DNA of 64,000 nt from Phyllobates terribilis (taxonomy: Eukaryota). Position numbers and translations under genes: made by a program. This document shows positions 10,627 through 39,584 of the stretch, in pieces; position 1 is the first letter of the stretch, and every line of letters begins with the position of its first letter. Under the pieces are notes generated by a model that was not told the DNA's origin, did not search any database, and was given only the letters and a program-made list of their open reading frames with translations. The stretch covers positions 182,218,001 through 182,282,000 of the forward strand of contig NW_027362767.1 of assembly GCF_046119375.1 (NCBI RefSeq). Reading direction: 5' to 3'.

Positions 10627-10779
10627 ACACGGACTGTGACATTTCTATGTATGAAACCTGTATTAATGAGTGAATCACTTTGTAAACTAGCTAAGAAATG
10701 ACATAAAAATGCCTGTTTTTTTTTTTTTTTTAACTAAAGTTTAAACCTGGCTAATTCCTATTCAGTCTACGGGAGGGCC

Positions 10780-11191
10780 TCTCACTTGTCAATCATGTAG
10801 TAACCACGCCCCTTCCATCCTTTAGCTACTGATTGTATGTTTTATTTGTCAATCACATGCTAGGCACACCTCCTCGACAGTTCTCAACCTTCATTGGTCT
10901 CTTTTCTTGTCAATCATATAATAACGCCTCTCTATTTACATAATCCCGCCCATTGAATGATAATCACGCCCTTATAGTAAAAGCGCGCACTTTTCTCCTC
11001 TCTGGCTCCTCCTATTTTCTCAGACTCCGCCTTTTCGCCTTGTCCTAGCTGCTGCGGTGACGTCACTTCCAGACAGTGCGCAGGTTCGGTTCCGGAGGGA
11101 AGGTTTCCGGCTCGTCACCCCGGCAACCGAAGATAGGAGAAGTACCGGAAAACGGGGAGGAAGAAAAAAGCGCGGAACTGTGCAGCTGCCG
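10780..11191 (+). promoter_or_regulatory. SETDB1 promoter and probable non-coding exon 1
   Basis: CpG-rich and TATA-less. GC boxes (CACGCCCC, CCCGCCC), CRE TGACGTCA at 11058-11065, several ETS-like CCGGAA/TTCCGG, three TTGTCAATCA motifs, and candidate donor CCG|GTATGG at 11191/11192. The assignment to SETDB1 is an inference from position and orientation. Confidence 0.7.
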
Positions 11192-11974
11192 GTATGGTGA
11201 CCCCTGGTCTGGCCGAATGTGCTCACAATGCAGAGACACGTGTGTGGAGCCCTGTAATCCGTGTAGTAAGAGTAGGTGCCAGATTAGCAATTAGTCTGGA
11301 TTATTGGACAGGTCCAGAAAAATTTCATGCAGAAAACTAATACGAATTGTGGGTAATTGTGAAGGTTGATGGGAGTAGTGGCCCAGGGGTGTATGAGCGC
11401 TGATGTTTGGTGCGGCCAGTATCCCTCGGTAATGGTCATGTGATCGCTTCAGGGTCGGTTTTCAGCCATTGGATGAGGTGGTCATGTGACACGGGGCTGC
11501 CGGGAGCACATGACACATTTGGGTTTTTTTTGGTCAATTTTTATTTTGGGGTGAGTTTGCTTTTTAACTCCTTATTTTACAGGAAACAATCCCCCTCTAC
11601 TCCGCGCACACGGTGGTCCTCTCGTCTCCGGGACAGAATTAGAATACGGCTTTAAGTCCCCCCTCAAAGGGGATATTGGGGGAAGAGTGGCAGAAAATGA
11701 GCAACTTTGCAATTTACCTTAAGATAAAAAAAAAAAAAAAAATCTGGTCTCAAGAATGAAAGGAATATATTTTTTACTTATATTGTTTACTGCTCGTTTC
11801 CTAGGTCACCGGCCATAGCTATCGTCTTATCAGAGGTGGCTTCTTTACTAGTCATGGAGGCGGCCTTCTATATACTGGGCGGAAACACTGCCTAAAAATA
11901 CAAGGAGCAATGGTTTATCAATTAATTACCAAAATGAATAAACTAAAGAGGAGTGTAAATCCCATCATCATTAT

Positions 11975-13917
11975 CTGGTGACCGCCCGTCACCCCCATCG
12001 TTCCGTATCTGGTGACCGCCCGTCACCCCCATCGTTCCGTATCTGGTGACCGCCCGTCACCCCCATCGTTCCGTATCTGGTGACCGCCCGTCACCCCCAT
12101 CGTCCGTGTCTGGTGACCGCCCGTCACCCCCATCGTCCGTGTCTGGTGACCGCCCGTCACCCCCATCGTCCGTGTCTGGTGACCGCCCGTCACCCCCATC
12201 GTCCGTGTCTGGTGACCGCCCGTCACCCCCATCGTCCGTGTCTGGTGACCGCGCGTCACCCCCATCGTCCGTGTCTGGTGACCGCCCGTCACCCCCATCG
12301 TCCGTGTCTGGTGACCGCCCGTCACCCCCATCGTCCGTGTCTGGTGACCGCCCGTCACCCCCATCGTCCGTGTCTGGTGACCGCCCGTCACCCCCATCGT
12401 CCGTGTCTGGTGACCTCCCGTCACCCCCATCGTCCGTGTCTGGTGACCGCCCATCACCTCCATCTCTTATTCTCGTCACTTGTACACAGGTCATGAAGGA
12501 TCTTGGCAGGAGATTGTGCCAATCATCTTGGAGCACTGACCCCAGATCTTCTGTGTATGAGGCTTGTGCGGATCCTTCTCTCTCTCCATGTGATCCCACA
12601 GACGGGATGATGTGAGATCAGGGCTCTGGGGCCGGATCGTCACCTCCAGGACACCTCGTTATTAATAACATTGGCTGTATATTGGGAGTTGTCCGGCTGC
12701 AGAATACATTTTCAGCCAGATGCCTCCTGATGATATTACATGATGGAGAAGTATCTCCTGGATTTCTCAGCATTGAGGACACCACTAATCCTGACCAAAT
12801 CCAAACTCCATTAGCTGACATGCAGCCAGAGACTTCCCGGAGCATCCACCATCTTCACTGTTTCTGCAGACCCTCATTATTGTGCCGCTCTCCTGCCCTG
12901 GGGGCAAATTGCCTTCTGTTACATCCATAGATTTCACATTGTTGCCATTTTTTCTTCACTCCTGTATTTATTTTTTTCCCTCATAGTTGAGTCACTTGGC
13001 CTCGTGTCCATGTGGGGAGGTGTAATTTATGGTTGTAATTCTCCCAAGAAGACGACTTCTGGCCAGACATCTCCAAACATTAGATGGGAGAAGCTGGTCC
13101 CACTGGTGGCTGCCTGTTCTGAGCTGATGGCACTGCTGGGCATCTTCCTGTGTCTTTCATCTGCTTCACAAAGTTTCCTTGGCCAGCCACTGTGTCTACT
13201 TGTCCTCAACTTTTCCCATTTCTTGGTGTCCTCAATGCTGAGAAATCCAGGCAGATACTTCTCTATCATGTAATACCATCAGGGAGGCGTTTGATTGCCT
13301 CCAAATGTATTCTGCAATTGGACAACGACCCCCAACATCCAGCTAATGTCATTAATAACAAGGAGTCCTGGAGGTGACGATCCGACCCCGGAGCCCTGAT
13401 CTCACATCATCCCGTCTGTGGGATCACATGGAGAGACAGAAGGATCCCCACAAGCCTCATACACAGAAGATCTGGGGTCAGTGCTCCAAGATGTTTGGCC
13501 TCCTGCCGAGATCCTCCATGACCTGTGTACAAGTGACAAGAAGAAGTGATGGAGGCGCCGGGCGGTCACCAGACTCTGGCTGATGGAGGCGACGGGCGGT
13601 CACCAGACTCTGGCTGATGGAGGCGACGGGCGGTCACCAGACTCTGGCTAATGGAGGCGACGGGCGGTCACCAGACGCTGACGGTGGAGGCGACGGGCGG
13701 TCACCAGACGCTGACGGTGGAGGCGACGGGCGGTCACCAGACGCTGACGGTGGAGGCGACGGGCGGTCACCAAATATTGAGAGGATTTATATTTCTCTTT
13801 TGTTCGTTGACTTTGCGTTTTGATAATTGATGAGAATAAGCTAATAACCCTTCTGTTCTGGAAGCCTCTTACTCTGTAGCTTTTTTCCCAAGTGCCTAAA
13901 ACATTTGCGCAGTGCTG
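11975..13917. mobile_element. Fold-back pair of decayed Tc1 transposase copies (minus copy about 13222-12450; plus copy about 13223-13917 with right TIR), each ending in a 33-34 bp minisatellite
   Basis: Plus copy reads GVLNAEKSRQILLYHVIPSGRRLIASKCILQLDNDPQH...SPDL...GGH-KY* and ends CCTAAAACATTTGCGCAGTGCTG (Tc1-type terminus). Minus copy has RHSGWPRKLCEADERH...SSAISSE. Arms 11975-12784 and 13223-13773 are reverse complements. Confidence 0.8.
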
Positions 13918-16205
13918 GAATAGCATTGGAGAGCACCAAGTTCGGGTCATTGGTGCAAGCAGACCGCTGGTGTGAACGATCAGCCCTCAGGATCTCACCG
14001 CCCTCCGTAGGTAGGAAGCCATCAGGCAGGGGAAAGTGACCCGCTGCTAACAATCAATCATGGGAAAGCCACTTTAACCCCTTCACCCCCGAGCCTGTTT
14101 TCACCTTCCTGACCAGGCCACATTTTACAATTCTGACCACTGTCACTTTGAGGTAATACCTCTGGGAGCTTCAATGGATCCCCCTGATTCTGAGATTGTT
14201 TTTTTTTTTTCGTGACATATTGTGCTTCATAATAGTGGTAAATTTCTGATGATATTTTTTGCGTTTGATTTGTGAAAATATCTGAATTTTGGCCAATTTA
14301 TTTATTTATTTTAAACCATAACCTTTTTTTTAATTGATATTGTCTTTCATTTATATTATCAATATGATATAAAGTATGACGAAAATTTTTACATTTTGTA
14401 ATTTTCAAACTTTGAATGTTTATGCCCTTAAACCAGAAAGTTATTTCACACAAAATAGTTAATAAATAACATGCCCCACATGTCTACTTTAATGGTTCAA
14501 AAATGATGCAGATGTAATTTTCTTTTGTTAGAACAGTTAAACTTGATTAGCGATTTCTCATTTTTTTCCATCAAAATTTACAAAATCAATTTTTTTAGGG
14601 ACCACATCATATTTGAAGTGACTTTGAGGGGTCTATATGACAGAAAATACCCAAAAGTGACACTGTTCTAAAAACTGCACCCCTCAAGGTGCTCAAAACC
14701 ACATTCTAGAAGTTTATTAATTCTTCACAGGAATTAATGCAATGTGGAAGGAAAAATGAAACTTTTTCCCACAAAAATGTTGATTTTTTTGCTCAAAATT
14801 AGGCATTTTCTCAAGAGTACCCCATATGTGGGGGAAAACTACTGTTTGGGCGCACGGCAGGGCTCAGAAGGTAAGGAGCACCAACTGAATTCTGGAGCGC
14901 AATTTTGTGTGGAATAGATTGCTGATGTCATGTCACATTTGAAGAGCCCCTGACATGGCAAAATCAGGAGAAACACCCACAAATGACCCCATTTTGTAAA
15001 CTACATCTCTCGAGGAATTCATTTAGGGGTGTAGTGAGCATTTTTAATCCTCAGGCAGTTCATAGAATTGTATAACATTGGGCTGAGTCAATGAAAAATT
15101 ACCATTGTTTCGACTAAAATGCTTCCTTGGCCCCAGGTTTTTAATTTTCATATAGAATAATAGGAGAAAATGAACCATACAGCTTGTTGTGCAATTTCTC
15201 CTGAGTGCGCCAATACCCTACATGTAATCAGGAAATACTTTAAAGGCACAGTGCAAAGCTCAGAAGGGAAGGAGCGCCATATTATACTGCAGATTCTACA
15301 GTTATGGTTTGCGGGTCCCATGACCCACTGGGAGAGCCCCTGAGGTGCCAGAACAGCAGATTCCCCCATAAGTGACCCCCATGTTACAAACTACACCTCT
15401 CAATGAATTCTTCTAGGGGTGCAGTGATCATATTGATACCACATGTGGGTCACAGAGTTTTATACCATTGTGTAGTAAAGAAAAAATAATTACAATTAAA
15501 ATTTTATTTTTACTACCCAGACTTTACATTTTCATACAGCGAAATGGGTAAAAATGGCACCAAAATTTGTCCCACAATTTCTGCTGAACGTAGAAATATC
15601 CCATATGTGGTACTGTACAGTACTGCTTAGCCATGCGGCGAGACTCGGGAGGGACGGAGCGCTATTTGCCTCCGGGAACGCAGATTTTCCTTGAATAGTT
15701 TGTGGTCTCCATATACAGAGCCCCTAAGTGCTAGAAGAGCAGAATCCCCCCTCAAGCCCTCAAGTGAGAGCTGTAATTTTTCCGTAGGAAAAAGAGTTTC
15801 CAGCGTCCCGAACTTCTTTTAAAAATAATCTTTTAATGAAATATTCTTTAAAATGAAGGTAACAACCTTTACCAGAGACAAATGCATATAAAATTCCATG
15901 TAGAATTGCTACAAACAGTAATTTATAAATCTATAATTTTTCCATATTTCGGCCGACAGAGTCATGTGACGGCTTGTTTTTTTTTTTTTTTGCGGGATGA
16001 GTTGACGTTTTTATTAGTACCATTTTTGGTCACCTAATGTTTTTTGATCACTTTCTGTTCCGATTTTTGGGAGGCAGAATGAACAAATACCAGCAGCTCA
16101 GGAATTTTTTTTGTTTGTTCTTTTTCTATGCCATTTTGCGTGTGGTAAAATTGATACAGCAGCTTTATTCTTTGGGTCCGTACGATTACAGCGATACTAG
16201 ATTTA

Positions 16206-17112
16206 GGCTATGTGCCCACGATGCAGAAATGCTCCCGATTTTTTCCTGAGCGTTTCTGCATCTCCCTGGCAGAGAAAAACACATGCGGATTGTGCATGCG
16301 GATTGTGCATGCGGATTGTACATGTGTTTTTCCTTCCAGGGACATGCGGATGTGAAGTGTTCTTCACTTGCATTTCTGCATGCGGGTTATCAAGCGCTTT
16401 TCCAAGCGATTTTAGCATCACTTGGAAAAGGGCTTGACAACTTGGTCAACCGGTATGGATTTATATAGTGTGTCCAAGTAATAGTTCAAAAAAAGAATAA
16501 AAATGGTAAAAAATAAAAAAAAAAACATTATACTCACCTTCCGATGGCCCCCGGTCTCCTCAGCGATGCGTCCGATGTCTTGGGCGACTCACGGTGGTGT
16601 AAAAGGACGTTCCATGACGTCATTTAGTCATGTGACAGGTCACATGACTAAATGACGTCATGGAAGGTCCTTTTAGACCAGCTCAAAGCCGCCGGGGAGC
16701 CAGGACAAAAGTAAGTATAATGTTTTTTTTTTTTTTTTATTTCAAATTCTTTTTTTTTACAGATACTATGGTACCCGGGTCTGGAGGAGAGTCTCCTCTT
16801 CTCCAAACCCGGGTACCATCCACACATTGAACTGCTTAATATCCGCATGTGCACATGTAGTGATGCGGATATTAAGTGATTCAATGCAAGTCAATGGCGG
16901 CAAAAACACCGCGATTACTCAATATTAATGGCAGTGTTGCGGATTTTTCCGCAATGATAATCTGCAGCGGAAATTTCCGCAGCATGGGCACAGCACATGC
17001 GGATTATCATTGGGGAACATGGCAGACCTTCTACCAAGCGTTTTTTAAGGGTTTCCGCTTCGGAATTGCCGCTTCCAGAAACGCTTAAAAAACGCATAGT
17101 GGGCACACAGCC
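16206..17112. mobile_element. PIF/Harbinger-type MITE
   Basis: TIRs GGCTATGTGCCCAC / GTGGGCACACAGCC flanked by a TTA target-site duplication (16203-16205 and 17113-17115). Confidence 0.82.
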
Positions 17113-17376
17113 TTATATACACTGCTCAAAAAAATAAAGGGAAGACTCAAATAACACATCCTAGATCTGAACGAATGAAATATTCTCATTGAATACTTTG
17201 TTCTGTACAAAGTTGAATGTGCTGACAACAAAATCACACAAAAATCATCAATGGAAATCACATTTATTAACCAATGGAGGCCTGGATTTGGAGTCACCCC
17301 CAAAATTAAAGTGGAAAAACACACTACAGGCTGATCCAACTTTGATGTAATGTCCTTAAAACAAGTCAAAATGAGT

Positions 17377-17802
17377 CTCAGTATTGTGTGTGGTCTCCAC
17401 GTGCCTGTATGACCTCCCTACAACGCCTGGGCATGCTCCTGATGAGGCTGAGTATTGTGTGTGGCCTCCACGTGCCTGTATGACCTCCCTACAACGCCTG
17501 GGCATGCTCCTGATGTGGCTCAGTATTGTGTGTGGCCTCCACGTGCCTGTATGACCTCCCTACAACGCCTGGGCATGCTCCTGATGAGGCTGAGTATTGT
17601 GTGTGGCCTCCACGTGCCTGTATGACCTCCCTACAACACCTGGGCATGCTCCTGATGAGGCTCAGTATTGTGTGTGGCCTCCACGTGCCTGTATGACCTC
17701 CCTACAACGCCTGGGCATGCTCCTGATGAGGCTCAGTAATGTGTGTGGCCTCCACGTGCCTGTATGACCTCCCTACAACGCCTGGGCATGCTCCTGATGA
17801 GG
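17377..17802. repeat. Six tandem copies of a 71-bp unit equal to the last codons of the Tc1 transposase
   Basis: Units start at 17377, 17448, 17519, 17590, 17661 and 17732. Minus strand encodes LIRSMPRRCREVIQARGGHT-Y*. Confidence 0.95.
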
Positions 17803-18757
17803 TTGCGGATGGTCTCCTGTGGGGTCTCCTCCCAGACCTGGACTAAAGCATCCGCCAACTCCTGGACAGTCTGTGGTGCAACGTGACGTTGGTGGATGGA
17901 GCGAGACATGATGTCCCAGATGTGCTCAATTGGATTCAGGTCTGGGGAACGGGCGGCCAGTCCATAGCTTCCATGCCTTCATCTTGCAGTAACTGCTGAC
18001 ACACTCCAGCCACATGAGGTCTGGCATTGTCCTGCATTAGGAGGAACCCAGGGCCAACCGCACCAGCATATGGGCTCACAAGGGGTCTGAGGATCTCATC
18101 TTGGTACCTAATGGCAGTCAGGCTACCTCTGGCGAGCACATGGAGGGCTGTGCGGCCCTCCAAAGAAATGCCACCCCACACCATTACTGACCCACTGCCA
18201 AACCGGTCATGCTGAAGGATGTTGCAGGCAGCAGATCGCTCTCCACGGCGTCTCCAGACTCTGTCACGTCTGTCACATGTGCTCAGTGTGAGCCTGCTTT
18301 CATCTGTGAAGAGCACAGAGCGCCAGTGGCGACTGTGCCAATCCTGGTGTTCTGTGGCAAATGCCAAGTGTCCTGCACGGTGTTGGGCTGTGAGCACAAC
18401 CCCAATCTGTGGACGTCGGGCCCTCATACTACCCTCATGGAGTCAGTTTCTAACCGTTTGTGCAGACACATGCTCATTTGTGGCCCGCTGGAGGTCGTTT
18501 TGCAGGGCTCTGGCAGTGCTCCTCCTGTTTCTCCTTGCACAAAGGCGGAGGTAGCGGTCCTGCTGCTGGGTTGTTGCCCTCCTACGACCCCCTCCACGTC
18601 TCCTGGTGTACTGGCCTGTCTCCTGGTAGCACCTCCAGCCTCTGGACACTACGCTGACAGACACAGCAAACCTTCTTGCCACAGCTCGCATTGATGTGCC
18701 ATCCTGGATGAGCTGCACTACCTGAGCAACTTCTGTGGGTTGTAGAGTACGTCTCAT
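17732..18757 (-). pseudogene. Tc1 transposase (paired-like HTH plus DDE domain) with frameshifts
   Basis: [20 protein letters not shown]... from 18757; VLFTDESR, MQDNARPH, DWP(ARSPDLNPIEH) and C-terminal RGGHT-Y*. Frameshifts near 18440 and 17950. Confidence 0.9.
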
Positions 18758-19612
18758 GCTACCACGAGTGTGAAAGCACAACCAACATTCAAAAGTGATC
18801 AAAACATCAGCCAGAAAGCATTGGTACTGAGATGTGGCCTGTGGTCCCCACCTGCAGAACCACTCCTTTATTGAGGGTGTCTTGATAATTGGCGATAATT
18901 TCCATCTATTGTCTATTTCATTTGCACAACAGCATGTGAAATTGATTGTCAATCAGTGTTGCTTCCTAAGTGGACAGTTTGATTTCACAGAAGTTTGATT
19001 TACTTGGAGTTATATTCTGTTGTTTAAGTGTTCCCTGTATTTTTTTGAGCAGTGTCGTTTTTTATGTTTTGGAGCTTTTACACTAACTATTTTATAGAAA
19101 AAAAAATAATTATTTTGCATTGCTTTATGCGGAGAGTTGTAACTTTTTTATTTTTCGGCTGATGAAGCTGTATGGCGGCTTTTTTTTTTTTGCGGGACAA
19201 GACTTTTCAGAGATACAATTCTTATTTTCTCTCGTCTTTTTGATCATGTTTTAGTCCCCTATTTGTTCGGCGGAATGATGAAAACCATAGTTTTTTACCA
19301 CGGTGTTTTTTTTTTTTTTAGTGTTCACTGAAGGGGTTAACTAGTGGGAAAGTGTTATAGGTGAGGTTCCGGACTCGGCGATACCAAATCGTGTTTTGTT
19401 TTTTTTACATATGTGTATTTATTGGTATAATAATTTTTTTTCATTTATTTTGTGATTTTCTTTTACATATTTTAAAAATGTGTTTTCCTTTTTTACTTTT
19501 TATTTAGTCTTTAGTCTTTTATTTAGTCTGTATGGGACTTCAATTTTTATTTCTCTGATCGCTGGTCTCATGCATACACATGTATAGTAATGCATGAGAC
19601 TTTACAGCTTTA

Positions 19613-20378
19613 GGCTGCGTTCACACATTGCGTATTTCCCTGCGTTTTTTTTATGCTGCATATTTTCCTGCTTTTTTTACCTGCGTTTTTTTAAGCAGGT
19701 AAAAAAAGCACCTCCATTCACACACTGCGTAAAAAAGCGCAGCAAAAAACGCAGTGTGAAAATGAAGGGTGACGTGTACTGTCTGTGTGTCGTGTGTGTA
19801 CTGTCTGTGTCTGTGTCCTGTGTGTGTCCCTAGCAGTGTATGTACAGACTATGGATACTCACCTACCCGATGGATGAGAGACGCGTCTGCTCCGTCCCGC
19901 GCTTGTAGCATCTGCCGTGAAGCGATCAGCTGATTGTCACATGACCGGCTTGTAATCAGCTGACCAGAAGCCGGTTACAAGCCGGTTAGCTAACAGCTGA
20001 TCGGCTCACCGGCAGATGCTGGAAGCGCGGGATTGGAGTGGACCGGACCGGACGCCTCTCCCCTAACATCGGGTAGGTGAGTATCCATCCTGCGCCTCCG
20101 TAAAAAAGCGATGGAATTACGCAGTGTGTGAACACCGCTGCATAATTCCATCGCTTATAATGGGCACAATAGAGAGAAAGCGCAGGACGCAGCTGCGTAA
20201 AGAATTGACATGCCAGTTCTTTACGCTGCTGCGCTTTCCCACTGCGTAAAATTACACAGTGTCTGAACGGCAAAGTGAATTTCCCATTCACTTCGCTGGC
20301 AGACACAAAGCACATTGCGTATTTTCAAAAAGCGCGCGCAAAAAAGCTAGCGAAAATATGCATTGTGTGAACGCAGCC
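19613..20378. mobile_element. PIF/Harbinger-type MITE
   Basis: TIRs GGCTGCGTTCACAC / GTGTGAACGCAGCC with TTA target-site duplication; internally palindromic. Confidence 0.85.
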
Positions 20379-20765
20379 TTACACTGTCAGATCGCTTGTT
20401 ATACCCTGCTGCTGGCTGGGTGTAAAAGGTCACCGTACCTGGCTGACACTGAGGTCGTCATGTGACCTCCGGCTGCCATGACAACCATCGGCTCCCCCCA
20501 TGATCACGGCACGGGGTGTGAGGGGGAAGCCCCTCACAAACATCTAAATTCTGCGATCGCTATTGATCGTGGCATCTAGAAGATAACGCAGGGTTAATAT
20601 CACCTGGGACCTGAGCCAATCAGATCCCAATGATGTTGCTGGTCAGAGCCATCAGTCTGCACCGGAATCTCGCTGCATGCAGGACTCTGGGGGTCCTGAG
20701 CGCTGGGAGACCGCCTGCCGCAGAGAAACGTCATCACTGTGCTACACAGTATTTGGGATAAGGGA

Positions 20766-21272
20766 CCCGCTCTGCTTGTGGCCGCAGGGCCCGGCGCCCC
20801 GCTCTGCTTGTGGCCGCAGGGCCCGGCGCCCCGCTCTGCTTGTGGCCGCAGGGCCCGGCGCCCCGCTCTGCTTGTGGCCGCAGGGCCCGGCGCCCCGCTC
20901 TGCTTGTGGCCGCAGGGCCCGGCGCCCCGCTCTGCTTGTGGCCGCAGGGCCCGGCGCCCCGCTCTGCTTGTGGCCGCAGGGCCCGGCGCCCCGCTCTGCT
21001 GGTGGCCGCAGGGCCCGGCGCCCCGCTCTGCTGGTGGCCGCAGGGCCCGGCGCCCCGCTCTGCTGGTGGCCGCAGGGCCCGGCGCCCCGCTCTGCTGGTG
21101 GCCGCAGGGCCCGGCGCCCCGCTCTGCTGGTGGCCGCAGGGCCCGGCGCCCCGCTCTGCTGGTGGCCGCAGGGCCCGGCGCCCCGCTCTGCTGGTGGCCG
21201 CAGGGCCCGGCGCCCCGCTCTGCTGGTGGCCGCAGGGCCCGGCGCCCCGCTCTGCTGGTGGCTGCAGGGCCC
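20766..21272. repeat. 32-bp GC-rich minisatellite, about 16 copies
   Basis: Unit GCTCTGCTTGTGGCCGCAGGGCCCGGCGCCCC; the TT variant switches to TG part-way through the array. Confidence 0.96.
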
Positions 21273-21935
21273 GACGCTCCGACCCACAACATCACTCATT
21301 CTTCAGATGTCGGTCACTGTACAACCCCTTTAAGTACTGGTCAATTTTGCACTTTTTTTTCCTTGTAAAAATGTGGAATGCCGAAAGATTCCTAGTGCAG
21401 GTGTCATCTCGATGGAAAAGCGGGGAACTACCACGTCCACAGATTGTCAGCCTGCCATTCTCTAGGTGTCAGTGCATTCTCAGAATTGGGATTTCACAGC
21501 AGGATGGAAATCGTAGAGGAAAGGATAGAAAGTGGGGATGAGCCAATTGATTCACAGGACTCTGCTCCAAGAGCCTACGGTCTCACTGCTTTAACAGTAA
21601 AGAATCCTTTCTATCAGAGATGAGAGAATCAGTGTCCAGGACCCGTGAGAATCCTTTCCTATCTGCCGACATCCCCCAGCTTCTTCTTATTTTATTCTGC
21701 CAGGTGGTGCGCAGGGTTCCTGTTATTGGATTTTCTCCTTTCTGATAGAAAGGATTCTTTACTGTTAGAGCAGTTGGACCCGATAGAAGATAATAACAGA
21801 CATGAAAAATCACGCATCTTTCGTGACATGGATCGGTTCTGATGTTGGCGAGAGGGAAAATTGCAGGTGACAAATGCCAACAAATCGAATCTACTTGATT
21901 ATCTTCCTGGAAATGAGCGACAGTAGAGGCGACCT

Positions 21936-22062
21936 GCGCTGCTGATATCCTATATAGCGCTGCTGATATCCTATATAGCGCTGCTGATCTCCTATATAGC
22001 GCTGCTGATCTCCTATATAGCGCTGCTGATCTCCTATAGCGCTGCTGATCTCCTATAGCGCT
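21936..22062. repeat. 21/19-bp tandem repeat, about 6 copies
   Basis: GCGCTGCTGAT(A/C)TCCTATATA units. Confidence 0.9.
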
Positions 22063-22929
22063 CTTGTGGCCTGGTCCTGCTTCATCATACTTTGCAGCAG
22101 ATGTCGCTTTCCAGCTTCTCTCCTTTGTGGCTCACCCTCCCCTCCCCCACCTCCTGCCTTGCACATTTTTGTGACTCTTTGTACTTGACAGCAGGATTTT
22201 TAGCTGTCTGGAAATCGGGTGGGCGGGCAGGCGCGGGTGGGGGATGGGGAGCTAAGAGGAGGAGCGGAGAGCAGCCAGACAAGAGGGGCATCAGATTACG
22301 GCAGCTGCTGGAGGCTGGCACCTCACTCACTGCTCTCCCTGCACATGCTCAGACTGCTGGTGACCAGGATTTCCCAGAGATCCCATCGTTAATCCAAAAT
22401 GGACTGTAAGTTCTCCCTAAAGTACCAGTGATCGGCATATTTATTGTTCTTTCTACCACACGGTAAAAGCGTGGTGTGAACAGAGCCCGATTGCATCTTC
22501 GCTGTATGGGGTATTAATAATGCAGCCAGCAGGTGGCAGGAGCGCTCAGCCACCATTAAGTGATCATCCCGGATTAGATGGGAGCAAGTCATTATTTTTT
22601 TTTATTTTCTTGTATGGGGAAAATGAATAGTATGGCAGTAGCCATTAGCTGCCACAAGGGGGCAGACTATTATCTGTGTTTGATCCTATTAGGACGTAGA
22701 TGCAGTTTTTTTTTTTTTCCTAATTTATTATTATTAGTATTAATTTTATTTAGAGTCTTCAGATGCTGTGATTATAAAATTTTACATCTTTATTGTATTT
22801 TTAAAAACTTTTTTGTGAGGGTCCCCATAGGGGACTTGAACCTATGATGGCACAGTTTGGGGTACGACACAGTTGGCACAAGTGTTTCACCACTGAAAAT
22901 TATTATTTTTTTGTTTTTCCACTGCAGCC

Positions 22930-39389
<16,460 letters not shown>

Positions 39390-39578
39390 CGCCCTTCTGC
39401 CACATATCTGATCCTGGTGCTGACAAGACCCCCCTCCTGCCTCCGTCACATGAGTGTCCCCAGACCCTGCCACCCCTCCATTACTGCCTCCCCATCCCCT
39501 GGGGCTGAGGAGAGGTGACATCTTAGTCTTTATTTCTGGTTAGGTTTATACATACATTTTTTTTTTTCATGTTCAAAT

Positions 39579-39584
39579 AATAAA
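39579..39584 (+). terminator. Candidate SETDB1 polyadenylation signal AATAAA
   Basis: First AATAAA seen after the stop codon, about 190 nt downstream, followed by a GT-rich stretch. Confidence 0.6.

Larger units (their letters stand above)
17120..19054 (-). mobile_element. Tc1/mariner transposon, near full length, frameshifted transposase
   Basis: TIRs CACTGCTCAAAAAAATAAAGGGAA / TTCCCTGTATTTTTTTGAGCAGTG. TA on the left; right flank is TC. Confidence 0.92.
14074..20597. mobile_element. Long non-autonomous TTAA (piggyBac-like) frog element hosting nested insertions; right end uncertain
   Basis: Starts TTAA|CCCCTTCACCCC at 14074-14078 and has about 390-bp degenerate subrepeats at 14.8, 15.2 and 15.6 kb. 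Host sequence appears to resume across the nested inserts. Family assignment is from recall, not from a search. Confidence 0.5.

Noticed and set aside
11575-11655. Possible extra 5' UTR exon (TTTTACAG acceptor at about 11583)
   Set aside because: No convincing donor follows; it cannot be supported without transcript data.
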